A DNA stretch of 60,579 nt from Chitinophagales bacterium (lineage in GTDB: Bacteria; Bacteroidota; Bacteroidia; Chitinophagales; UBA2359). The stretch spans positions 1 to 60,579 of the forward strand of contig JAHDDV010000001.1 in the NCBI GenBank assembly GCA_020629205.1, in the 5' to 3' direction. The notes below the pieces were generated by a model, which saw nothing but the letters and a program-made list of their open reading frames with translations, was not told where the DNA came from and did no database searches. This document shows positions 35,134 through 44,063 of the stretch, one piece after another. Numbering within the stretch: position 1 is the first letter of the stretch; the number at the start of each line of letters is the position of its first letter. Position numbers and translations under genes: made by a program.

Positions 35134-36975
35134 ATGTACAAATCGACCAGAGACTGCGTTAAGGATCTAGATAAGCATAAGCATCTCGTAGTCATCAAAG
35201 AGGAAGTGGACCCATATCTGCAAATGGCAGCCATCCATAGAAGAGTCTACGATCATGAAGGCCCGGCAATCCTATTCGAAAACGTGAAAGGCTGCGAGTT
35301 TCCTGCAGTGTCCAATCTCTTTGGTACCATGGACCGCAGCCGATTCATTTTTAGAAAGACCATCGAATCTGTCAAAAAGCTGGTCTCCTTAAAGGCAGAC
35401 CCGAGCGCCCTGCTCAAAAACCCCTTTGGTTACCTCGCAATGCCATTTGTAGGCCTCAATGCTTTACCCAAACCAGCCATCTTTTCTAAGCCCGTTCTGG
35501 CCAGAGAGATAGCGATCAGCGATTTGCCGCAAATTCAATCATGGCCTGATGACGGAGGTGCTTTCGTAACCCTGCCACAAGTCTATACCGAAGACCCAGA
35601 CAATCTCGGTATCATGAAATCGAATGTGGGAATGTACCGGATCCAGCTCGGAGGCAATGACTACATCCCAAACAAAGAGATTGGATTGCACTATCAAATT
35701 CATCGCGGCATTGGCGTGCATCAAGCTAAGGCCAATGCCAAAGGGCAAGCGATGAAGGTGAGCATATTTGTTGGGGGCCCACCTTCTCACAGTCTAAGCG
35801 CCGTGATGCCCCTACCAGAAGGTCTGCCTGAAGTGGCCTTCGCAGGTGCCATGGCTGGGAGGGGATTCCGCCACACAAGAGTCGATGGCTTTACCTTGTC
35901 TACCGATGCGGATTTTGTCATTACCGGTACGGTACATGAAAAGGAAACCAAGCCCGAAGGCCCCTTCGGAGATCACCTCGGCTACTATAGCCTGATTCAC
36001 GATTTCCCGCTTATGAAGGTGCATAAAGTTTACGCACGTAAAGACGCGATATGGCCCTTCACGGTAGTTGGCAGGCCTCCGCAAGAAGATACGAGTTTCG
36101 GAGCACTGATACATGAAATCACTGGTGCCGTTATTCCAACTGAACTTCCCGGATTGCATGCAGTGAATGCAGTTGATGAAGCAGGGGTTCATCCACTTTT
36201 GCTCGCTATCGGAAGCGAACGATACACACCTTACGAAGAGCTGAAAAGGCCACAGGAATTACTTACAATTGCCAACCATATTTTGGGTTTTGGCCAGATG
36301 TCCCTGGCTAAGTACCTCTTGATTGTTGCTAAGGAGGATGATCCAAAACTGGACATTCACCACATCGATGACTTCTTTACACACATGCTGCAACGTATTG
36401 ATTGGAGACGAGACCTGCACTTTCAAACAGAGACCAGTATCGACACGCTGGACTACTCTAGTAAAGGCCTAAACGAAGGTTCAAAAGTGGTGATGGCTGC
36501 CGCAGGGCCAACGATCAGATCATTGGCAAAACAGGTGCCTGGAGATTTTTCCTTGCCAGCTCCTTTCAATCAGGCACAACTGGTCCATCCGGGAATTCTG
36601 GCTATTCAGGGCCAGAACTTTCAGTCCTACGAAAAAGCGGAAAAGGAACTTCAGACTCTGACGGATTTTTTGGAAGATCAACACCTCGAATCACTCAAAT
36701 CCATTCCCTTGATCGTGCTCGTAGACGATTCCGCTTTTCTCGCAGAAAGATTTGCCAACTTTCTCTGGGTAACCTTCACCCGTAGCAATCCTTCGCATGA
36801 CATCTATGGTGTTGCAGCAGGGACACGATACAAGCATTGGGGCTGTAAGTCTTCCCTCATAATTGATGCCCGCATTAAGCCATTTCACGCTCCACCCTTG
36901 ATCGAAGATCCAAGAGTAGAGGCATCAGTGGATGCACTTGGAGCAAAGGGTGGACCCTTACACGGCATCATTTGA
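35134..36975 (+). CDS. UbiD family decarboxylase (long form, menaquinone-biosynthesis-decarboxylase-like)
   Basis: 613 aa. The N-terminus is typical of UbiD: L..H..L..I.EEVDP.LQMAAI.RRV....GPAILFENVKG. Confidence 0.85.
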   Translation: MYKSTRDCVKDLDKHKHLVVIKEEVDPYLQMAAIHRRVYDHEGPAILFENVKGCEFPAVSNLFGTMDRSRFIFRKTIESVKKLVSLKADPSALLKNPFGYLAMPFVGLNALPKPAIFSKPVLAREIAISDLPQIQSWPDDGGAFVTLPQVYTEDPDNLGIMKSNVGMYRIQLGGNDYIPNKEIGLHYQIHRGIGVHQAKANAKGQAMKVSIFVGGPPSHSLSAVMPLPEGLPEVAFAGAMAGRGFRHTRVDGFTLSTDADFVITGTVHEKETKPEGPFGDHLGYYSLIHDFPLMKVHKVYARKDAIWPFTVVGRPPQEDTSFGALIHEITGAVIPTELPGLHAVNAVDEAGVHPLLLAIGSERYTPYEELKRPQELLTIANHILGFGQMSLAKYLLIVAKEDDPKLDIHHIDDFFTHMLQRIDWRRDLHFQTETSIDTLDYSSKGLNEGSKVVMAAAGPTIRSLAKQVPGDFSLPAPFNQAQLVHPGILAIQGQNFQSYEKAEKELQTLTDFLEDQHLESLKSIPLIVLVDDSAFLAERFANFLWVTFTRSNPSHDIYGVAAGTRYKHWGCKSSLIIDARIKPFHAPPLIEDPRVEASVDALGAKGGPLHGII

Positions 36976-38059
36976 TCCTGCTAAAACATCGATCCCAGCG
37001 AATGCCCTGGAAGAAGGGTTTATGAGGTTTTCTGGACATCCAGATAAAAGTAGCCTTGCCGATTAAATGATCCTCCGGTACAAAACCCCAGAAGCGACTG
37101 TCCTTACTTAAATGACGATTGTCTCCCACCATAAAATAGTAATCGAGTTCAAAGACATATTGCTCCCTGCGCTCCCCATCCAAATAAATACCGGCTTCGT
37201 CATAGGCCAACTCATGACCTTCATATAGCTCAATAGCAGTCCGATACAAAGGCAATGTCATAGTATTCAAAGCAATCGTGTCACCCTTCTTTGGAATGTA
37301 CAAAGGGCCAAAGTTATCCAGATTCCAAGGGTATTGTTCAGGAGCATTTGGGAAGGTCGGTTCATATTCCATCGTCATACCTTTCACCCGCTGGATAGTG
37401 TCGACCTTGATCACATTTTCAAAGTCGGCGAGCTTTTTCAAATTGCCAGGAGTAAGGGCATATTGATAATGTTTGATGTCGTGAAACATGCCTCCCTCCG
37501 AAATATCCAGCTTCTGGAGCGAAAGCTTATTGATGGGATCGCCGTTTGTCTTTATCAGATAGTTAAACTGAATGGTCTCCGGATTGACGGAAATCTCGCT
37601 ATTGACAAGCACCTGCCGATTTACAATCTCCAGTGTGTCTCCAGGCAAGGCAACACAGCGTTTCACAAATACGGTCCTTCGATCCGCTGGTACAGTATGA
37701 TCCATTGGTGTGTTGAAAACCACTACATCATTTCGCTGCACTCCGGTGAAACCTGGAAGCCGGAAGTAAGGCCATGTGATCCACTCGGTATAGGATTTGG
37801 TTTGTGTCCCAGGCAATTTGTCATCAGCAAATGGAAAGGCCAAAGGAGTGATGGGCATCCGCGGACCATAATGCAGTTTGGACACAAGCAAGTAGTCGCC
37901 AACCATCAAGGTCTTTTGCATCGAAGTAGTAGGGATAACATACAGCCCGATCAGAAACAACTGCAGCACCCAAGCCATTAGTATGGCTATCACAGTGGCA
38001 TAAAGAAGATCCTTGAGAAAGGATCGCTTCTTTCCAGACTTACCCTGCTTGCTCATCAT
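36968..38059 (-). CDS. lepB: Signal peptidase I (paralog 1)
   Basis: PTTSMQKTLMVGD (Ser), VKRCVALPGD (Lys) and GDNRHLSKDSRFWGFVP. The 3' end overlaps the convergent ubiD-family gene by 8 nt. Confidence 0.9.
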   Translation of the reverse strand: MMSKQGKSGKKRSFLKDLLYATVIAILMAWVLQLFLIGLYVIPTTSMQKTLMVGDYLLVSKLHYGPRMPITPLAFPFADDKLPGTQTKSYTEWITWPYFRLPGFTGVQRNDVVVFNTPMDHTVPADRRTVFVKRCVALPGDTLEIVNRQVLVNSEISVNPETIQFNYLIKTNGDPINKLSLQKLDISEGGMFHDIKHYQYALTPGNLKKLADFENVIKVDTIQRVKGMTMEYEPTFPNAPEQYPWNLDNFGPLYIPKKGDTIALNTMTLPLYRTAIELYEGHELAYDEAGIYLDGERREQYVFELDYYFMVGDNRHLSKDSRFWGFVPEDHLIGKATFIWMSRKPHKPFFQGIRWDRCFSRIK

Positions 38060-39172
38060 CTATTCCACCAGCGAACTGACCGTTCGCATACAACGCCCCC
38101 AACGTATCTTTGGGAAGCTACAGTGTTTGCAGTTGGACATCCAAACGAATATAGGCTTGCCAACAATATGATCTTCCGGTACCATTCCCCACATTCGGGA
38201 ATCCAGGGAGTTGTCGCGATTATCTCCCATCATCCAATAATAGTCCATCTTGAAAGTGTAATTCTTGATAGGCTTTCCATCTATATGGGCTCGGTCTCCC
38301 TTCCAGGCCAGCGTTGGATTATTTTCGTATATACGAATATTCTTCTCATAGAGAAGGTAATTCTTCCGATTCAAACGAATCTTATCTCCCTTCTTCGGAA
38401 GATATATCGGACCATAGTTGTCCTTGTTCCAATTGAACTCGCCACTCTGATTTGGGTAGCAATTGTCCGGCACATCAGCCTGTGCTATGATGGGCTTGAT
38501 ATTCACAACATTGGAAAATTTCCGAATCTTCTCCACCTTGTCAACATCCAGAAACATGCGCAATTGATTCGCTGAACGCTGCCTGTTGCGTGCAACATAC
38601 TCCTCGATATTGATGTCCAATTCTTTCAATTGCGATTCCGAGAAACTCAAGCCATTGGTTTCAATCAAATACAAACCTTGCAAATGTTCCGGATTATCAA
38701 CCATCTTCCCATTGATATACACTTGCTTCTCCAGCACAGACAAGGAGTCGCCCGGAATGCCCAAACAACGCTTGATGTAGTTCTCCCGCTTGTCTACCGG
38801 CAAGGCACGCTTGTAGTCGTCAGGATAATTGAACACCACAACATCATTGTTCTTGATACTTGTAAAACTTGGCAAGCGCCAATAGGGCAGCTTGATCAAT
38901 TCGCTGAACGAGCGTCCACCCAGGAAAGGAATTGTATTATGCATAAATGGAAGAGCCAAAGGCGTATTCGGAATCCGTGGCCCATAGTGCAGCTTACTCA
39001 CAAACAGCTTGTCACCCACCAACATCGAGCCCTCCATAGAGGAAGTAGGAATCGCATAAGACTGCACCACAAAAATATTCAGTATCGGCACCACGATGGC
39101 AGCAAACAATAGCGCCTCTCCCCATTCGCGTATACTGGACTTTTTTTTCTTGTCCTTGTTTCTTTTGGCCAT
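38060..39172 (-). CDS. lepB: Signal peptidase I (paralog 2)
   Basis: PTSSMEGSMLVGD, IKRCLGIPGD and GDNRDNSLDSRMWGMVP. The stop directly abuts the paralog 1 start. I prefer the ATG at 39172; the ORF track's GTG is at 39187. Confidence 0.88.
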   Translation of the reverse strand: MAKRNKDKKKKSSIREWGEALLFAAIVVPILNIFVVQSYAIPTSSMEGSMLVGDKLFVSKLHYGPRIPNTPLALPFMHNTIPFLGGRSFSELIKLPYWRLPSFTSIKNNDVVVFNYPDDYKRALPVDKRENYIKRCLGIPGDSLSVLEKQVYINGKMVDNPEHLQGLYLIETNGLSFSESQLKELDINIEEYVARNRQRSANQLRMFLDVDKVEKIRKFSNVVNIKPIIAQADVPDNCYPNQSGEFNWNKDNYGPIYLPKKGDKIRLNRKNYLLYEKNIRIYENNPTLAWKGDRAHIDGKPIKNYTFKMDYYWMMGDNRDNSLDSRMWGMVPEDHIVGKPIFVWMSNCKHCSFPKIRWGRCMRTVSSLVE

Positions 39173-39408
39173 TCTGAAATTTTTCACAAAAATAAGTAAT
39201 TCAGACGTCTATTAATCAAAACTATTGCTTTAAGACAGATTTATTAGACCTGCCAAAAAACAGGATGCAGAACAGCAAGCGCGCGAGCCCTTTTGTTTTG
39301 CAACAATAAGCATTAATTGAAACGTAGGAAAGGCCTCAAAGGTGCAGAAGGCAAAGCTTAACATTATTTATGCCCGATCTCGGAAGAGATGTTATTTTCT
39401 AGAGATGA

Positions 39409-39590
39409 TTTTTTTTGGAGCCGAGCTGATAAGGGCGCGCTGGCATATTACGGGTGCTCCGCTAATACTCAGCACTGTGCTAGCTGCTCCTGCTCAGCCT
39501 CTGCCGTCTCCTCCTATCGTCGGAGCCGCCATAGGCTGGCATCCGCCACGCTATCACAGCACTTCGTTCCGCTGCGCCCCCGGCTATATA
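39409..39590 (+). repeat. Interspersed intergenic repeat, copy E (most diverged main-family copy)
   Basis: TTTTTTTTGGAGCCGAGC...GGGTGCTCCGCTAATACTCAGCACTGTGCTAGCTGCTCC...TCTCCTCCTATCGTCGGAGCC...CACGCTATCACAGCACTTCGTTCCGCTGCGCCCCCGGCTATA. Confidence 0.8.
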
Positions 39591-39690
39591 GCACCCGCGT
39601 ACTACCGCGCTGGCACCAAATAAAAATCCACCGGCTCCGAAAACAAATAGGGAAATCCCTGCAAAATGCAGCATCTGACGATAATTCAAT

Positions 39691-39731
39691 ACACATACAC
39701 AATACACAATACACAATACACAATACACAAT
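39691..39731. repeat. Heptanucleotide microsatellite (ACACAAT)n
   Basis: One degenerate unit (ACACAT) is followed by 5 perfect ACACAAT units (39697-39731). It sits 12 nt beyond the stop of the response-regulator gene. Confidence 0.9.
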
Positions 39732-39743
39732 GCAAATCTAAAA

Positions 39744-40436
39744 TCACCCAGTAGAAAACTTATAACCCACCCCTCTCACAGACTGGAAGAAGCTAGGCTT
39801 CTTAGGATCCTTTTCAAAGTACTTTCTAAAGTTCAGGATAAAGTTGTCAATGGTCCGGGTTGTAGGGTATACATCATAACCCCAAACAAATTGCAGAATC
39901 TGCTCTCGGCTCACCACCTCATTCTGTCGATCTATCAATAATTTGAGCAACTTCGCTTCTTTCTTAGTCAGATTGAAGGCATCTTTCTCCGTCTTTGCTT
40001 CAAATGTTCGAAAGTTAATATGGTTGTCACCAAACTGATAAGTCTCCAACTCTCTCTTCTCCTCCGCCGGCATACTGCGTTTGATCAATACACGCACCCT
40101 CAATAGAAACTCTTCGAGGTCGAATGGTTTTGTCATATAGTCATCAGCCCCTTTACGCAAACCCTCAACTTTATCTGAGGTGTCATCTTTGGCGGTAAGG
40201 AACAAAATCGGGATATCGGGATTGTCCAGACGTATCTGCTCGCACACGGCCAAACCATCCATTTCCGGCAGCATGATATCCAAAATTGCAATGTTGAATC
40301 GCTGCTCTCCAAACTTCTTTATGGCCTCAAGGCCATCGCCAGCAGTTACCACTTCGTAGCCTTCCAATTCCAGATTCATCTTAATCGCAGTTTGTAGACT
40401 CGGCTCGTCTTCCACCAATAGAATTCTTTGGTCCAT
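39744..40436 (-). CDS. OmpR/PhoB-family response regulator (orphan; no adjacent histidine kinase)
   Basis: The receiver domain has ILLVEDEP, ILDIMLPEMDG and LTAK. The C-terminal winged helix has RTIDNFI...VRGVGYKF. I prefer the ATG at 40436 (MDQRILLVEDE); the ORF track's TTG is at 40457. Confidence 0.9.
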   Translation of the reverse strand: MDQRILLVEDEPSLQTAIKMNLELEGYEVVTAGDGLEAIKKFGEQRFNIAILDIMLPEMDGLAVCEQIRLDNPDIPILFLTAKDDTSDKVEGLRKGADDYMTKPFDLEEFLLRVRVLIKRSMPAEEKRELETYQFGDNHINFRTFEAKTEKDAFNLTKKEAKLLKLLIDRQNEVVSREQILQFVWGYDVYPTTRTIDNFILNFRKYFEKDPKKPSFFQSVRGVGYKFSTG

Positions 40437-40583
40437 ATCTAGGGTATTTTGTGTCAATAAGTTAGCTAAAATGCACCGCGAAGTAAAGCTGCAATTATCA
40501 CAGTTTTGTCAAAATGGCGAAAATAACTGGTATCTTCGAGCGGTCGGTCAAAGACCACAATACCAAACCAAAACTATCAAAAA

Positions 40584-43190
40584 TTGGCAAAGAGGAAGAA
40601 GGAAAAGAAGGCCACGCCCCTAATGGTCCAGTACAATGATATCAAAGCAACTCACCCAGATGCAATTTTGTTGTTTCGAGTCGGAGATTTTTATGAAACC
40701 TTTGGAAAGGACGCTATCACAGCCTCTGCAGTTCTGGGAATTACACTAACCAAAAGAGGCAATGGTTCGGCCAACGAGGTTGAGCTGGCAGGTTTCCCGC
40801 ACCACGCCCTTGACACTTATTTGCCGAAACTGGTCAAAGCCGGTTACAGAGCTGCCATCTGCGAGCAGCTCGAAGATCCTAAAGCGACAAAAAAACTTGT
40901 CAAGCGAGGTGTTACCGAGTTGGTCACCCCAGGTGTAGCACTGAACGAGAAAATTCTTGATCACAAATCAAACAACTATCTCTGTTCAGTAGCTTTCGAT
41001 AAAGACAGAATAGGTTTGTCCTTTCTGGATGCTTCAACAGGAGAATTTCTGGTGGCAGAAGGAAACGCGGCCCAAACGGACAAACTTCTTCAAAGCTTCA
41101 GTCCTGCGGAACTCATATTCTCCAAGGAGCAGAAAAAAGAAATGACTGCACAATTCGGGGAACGCTATTACACATATGGACTGGAGGATTGGGTGTTTTC
41201 GGAGGACTTTGCCCGAGAGACTTTGCTGAAGCATTTTGAGACAAAAACCCTCAAAGGATTTGGCGTACAAGGTATGCCTGCTGGCATCATTGCGGCCGGT
41301 GCAGCACTGCACTACATACAGGAAACCGCAAAGGCGGGCATGCAACATATCTCGGCGCTTAGTCGAATTGCTCAAGATAAGTATGTCTGGCTCGATAACT
41401 TTACCATCCGCAATTTGGAGCTGTTATACAGTCCCAATGAAAATGGAGTGCCGCTGCTGAAGATTTTGGATAAGACCAAGACAGCAATGGGAAGTCGATT
41501 ACTAAAAAAGTGGATAGCATTGCCCCTGAGGGAACGGACAGCTGTAGAAGAGCGGCTCGATATTGTAGGTTTCTTGAAAGAGAATGAAGACTTTGCAGAT
41601 AAGCTGCGGCAAGAAATCAAGCAAATTGGGGATATCGAGCGTCTAATTGCCAGAGTACCTGTTGGAAAGATCAATCCCAGGGAAATCGTGCAGCTGAAGA
41701 AAGCCCTCTTCGCCATTTCCCCAATTAAGCAACTCTGTTTGGAATCTGGCTTGAAGCCACTAACGGTGATAGGGGATCATCTAAATCCTTGCACTGTGAT
41801 CAGAGACCGCATACAACAAGAACTCAATGAAGAAGTTCCTGTTCAGGTTTCCAAGGGATCAGTCATTGCAGAAGGAGTGTCCCAGGAATTGGATGAACTG
41901 AGAGCCATATTGCATTCTGGCAAAGACTTCTTGGAAAAGTTGCGGGCCCGAGAGGCTGAAAGTACAGGCATTACTAATCTAAAGATTGGTTTCAACAATG
42001 TGTTCGGCTATTATCTCGAAGTCACAAACAAGTACAAAAATCAAGCTCCTGCGGACTGGATCAGAAAACAAACCTTGGTCAATGCCGAGCGATATATTAC
42101 AGAAGAGTTGAAAGAGTATGAACAGAAGATCTTTGGGGCGGAAGACAAGATATTGATTCTTGAAGCCAAGCTCTTTGAAAACATTGTTCAGGCAGTAGGG
42201 GAGTACATCAAGCCTGTGCAGCACAATGCCCACACCATCGGAAAGTTGGATTGCCTGCTATCCTTTGCAGAAGTAGCTGAGCGCAATGACTATCGACGTC
42301 CCATAATGACCGATGGACTCGAATTGGATATAAAGCAGGGGCGTCACCCAGTAATTGAGCAACAGTTAGCCCTTGGGGAATCTTATGTCCCAAATGACTT
42401 ATTCCTTGATGCAGAATCTCAACAACTGATTATCATCACAGGGCCAAACATGTCCGGTAAATCTGCCTTGCTAAGGCAGACAGCTTTAGTTGTGCTAATG
42501 GCGCAAATTGGCTGCTTCGTTCCTGCGGAAAGCGCCCAAATTGGGATGGTTGACAAGATATTCACAAGAGTAGGGGCTTCAGACAACCTCTCAATGGGAG
42601 AATCGACCTTCATGGTGGAGATGAACGAAACAGCAAGCATCATGAACAACCTATCCAATAGGTCGCTTGTATTGCTCGACGAGATTGGGCGAGGAACCAG
42701 TACCTACGATGGCATTTCCATTGCCTGGGCACTGGCAGAGTACATCCACGAACACGCTACTGCCAAAGCCAAGACCCTCTTTGCAACCCATTACCATGAA
42801 TTGACCGAGCTTTCTGAGAAGTTCAACCGAATCAAGAATTACAGCGTGTCCACAAAAGAGGTGGGCAAGAAGGTGATTTTCCTCCGGAAGCTGATCCCGG
42901 AGGGAAGCAAGCACAGTTTTGGAATTCACGTGGCAAAGATGGCTGGAATGCCTCCGGATTTGGTCCGGCGTGCAAAGGAGATCCTCTCTGTTCTGGAAAA
43001 GAAAAATATAGAAGGTGCCATTGTTGAAAACCTGCGGGCGGTTCCAAAGAGGCAAAATATGCAACTGAGTATTTTTGAGATGGATCCTGCTCTCAAAGAG
43101 CTACAGGATACGCTTCAGTCCCTGGATATAAACAGTCTAACGCCAATCGAAGCCCTTCTCAAATTACAGGAACTCAAAAAAATGTGCTAA
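40584..43190 (+). CDS. mutS: DNA mismatch repair protein MutS
   Basis: 868 aa with TPLMVQY..IK at the N-terminus, Walker A GPNMSGKS, DEIGRGTSTYDG and THYHEL. The start is TTG at 40584; an alternative ATG at 40623 would remove the conserved TPLM. Confidence 0.93.
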   Translation: MAKRKKEKKATPLMVQYNDIKATHPDAILLFRVGDFYETFGKDAITASAVLGITLTKRGNGSANEVELAGFPHHALDTYLPKLVKAGYRAAICEQLEDPKATKKLVKRGVTELVTPGVALNEKILDHKSNNYLCSVAFDKDRIGLSFLDASTGEFLVAEGNAAQTDKLLQSFSPAELIFSKEQKKEMTAQFGERYYTYGLEDWVFSEDFARETLLKHFETKTLKGFGVQGMPAGIIAAGAALHYIQETAKAGMQHISALSRIAQDKYVWLDNFTIRNLELLYSPNENGVPLLKILDKTKTAMGSRLLKKWIALPLRERTAVEERLDIVGFLKENEDFADKLRQEIKQIGDIERLIARVPVGKINPREIVQLKKALFAISPIKQLCLESGLKPLTVIGDHLNPCTVIRDRIQQELNEEVPVQVSKGSVIAEGVSQELDELRAILHSGKDFLEKLRAREAESTGITNLKIGFNNVFGYYLEVTNKYKNQAPADWIRKQTLVNAERYITEELKEYEQKIFGAEDKILILEAKLFENIVQAVGEYIKPVQHNAHTIGKLDCLLSFAEVAERNDYRRPIMTDGLELDIKQGRHPVIEQQLALGESYVPNDLFLDAESQQLIIITGPNMSGKSALLRQTALVVLMAQIGCFVPAESAQIGMVDKIFTRVGASDNLSMGESTFMVEMNETASIMNNLSNRSLVLLDEIGRGTSTYDGISIAWALAEYIHEHATAKAKTLFATHYHELTELSEKFNRIKNYSVSTKEVGKKVIFLRKLIPEGSKHSFGIHVAKMAGMPPDLVRRAKEILSVLEKKNIEGAIVENLRAVPKRQNMQLSIFEMDPALKELQDTLQSLDINSLTPIEALLKLQELKKMC

Positions 43191-43307
43191 ATGCAAGCGA
43201 TTTTCCGGCCACTTAATAGTCGAATAATCTCTATTTATCGACAAATGTGCGCCTGGACTGGACCTTTGAAAGAAAGTGAAAAAAAAGGGATAATTTTTCC
43301 TCCCTAA

Positions 43308-43340
43308 TTTGGTTTTATTGAGGAAGTCGTCCTATATTTG
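43308..43340 (+). promoter_or_regulatory. Candidate Bacteroidota sigma-A promoter for the tRNA pair
   Basis: TTTG (43308-43311) and TATATTTG (43333-43340) are 21 nt apart and match the -33 TTTG / -7 TAnnTTTG consensus. The site lies about 27 nt upstream of tRNA-Gly. Confidence 0.45.
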
Positions 43341-43366
43341 CAGCCGTTACGCCGCAAGGCTTACAA

Positions 43367-43439
43367 GCGAAAGTAGCTCAGCTGGTAGAGCACAACCTTG
43401 CCAAGGTTGGGGTCGCGAGTTCGAATCTCGTCTTTCGCT
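43367..43439 (+). tRNA. tRNA-Gly (anticodon GCC)
   Basis: Hand-folded cloverleaf: acceptor GCGAAAG/CTTTCGC, D arm GCTC/GAGC, anticodon stem CAACC/GGTTG with loop TTGCCAA, and T arm GCGAG-TTCGAAT-CTCGT. CCA is not encoded. Confidence 0.9.
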
Positions 43440-43461
43440 CTCTTTTTTTTCTTACCTTCAC

Positions 43462-43550
43462 GCCCAGGTGGTGGAATTGGTAGACACGCAGGACTTAAAA
43501 TCCTGTGGGCAGTAATGCCCGTGTGGGTTCAAGTCCCACCCTGGGTACCA
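43462..43550 (+). tRNA. tRNA-Leu (anticodon UAA), CCA encoded
   Basis: Acceptor GCCCAGG/CCTGGGT, anticodon stem CAGGA/TCCTG with loop CTTAAAA, a long variable arm (TGGGCAGTAATGCCCGT), T arm GTGGG-TTCAAGT-CCCAC, then ACCA. Confidence 0.9.
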
Positions 43551-44021
43551 CCTTGCCCAAAGCACAGCGATACACCCGTAGACGCTGTCGAAGATCCAAA
43601 TTTTTATTGGCACTTTTATCGTAGTGGGGACATGTAGCGCCCTTACTATACTCTAATTTCGTGTAGAGCAAAGAAATATTGATCACCTTGCATCCTTTTT
43701 CTGGATCTAAGGCTCTATGTAATTGTTTTTTGGCTCGAAATTATGCTGCTTATACTAATGAGTGGCGAAACTATCAGTCACCATTAAAAGCGATCATACC
43801 CAAAATGAACGTGTGGATATTGCGCCTGCAATACGATGTCCGCATGGCTTGGTTCTAATGTCAATGTATAACCAATTGTAAAACAAGGCACTAATCTCAG
43901 CTGGGATTATTGATCTTCGATGCGGCAGCTCGTCCTGCCATAATCGTAACAGTACCCGATTGGCGGTTTTGTAACCGCCTTCGAATTCAGATTCGTCTGA
44001 CTAAACTCGGGTATAAATTCG

Positions 44022-44029
44022 TAACTTTG
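44022..44029 (+). promoter_or_regulatory. Candidate -7 box (TAACTTTG) for the C25-like giant gene
   Basis: Matches TAnnTTTG 35 nt upstream of the ATG at 44064. There is no convincing -33 TTTG at the expected spacing. Confidence 0.3.
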
Positions 44030-44063
44030 CACAAAATTTCAACAAACTTAACCTGTCACGGAA

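Noticed and set aside
36968-36975. Convergent gene ends with no spacer: an 8-nt overlap between the ubiD-family gene and lepB, and msrA/DUF1835 stops abutting at 2037/2038.
   Set aside because: This is real but ordinary genome compaction and not evidence of a special mechanism.
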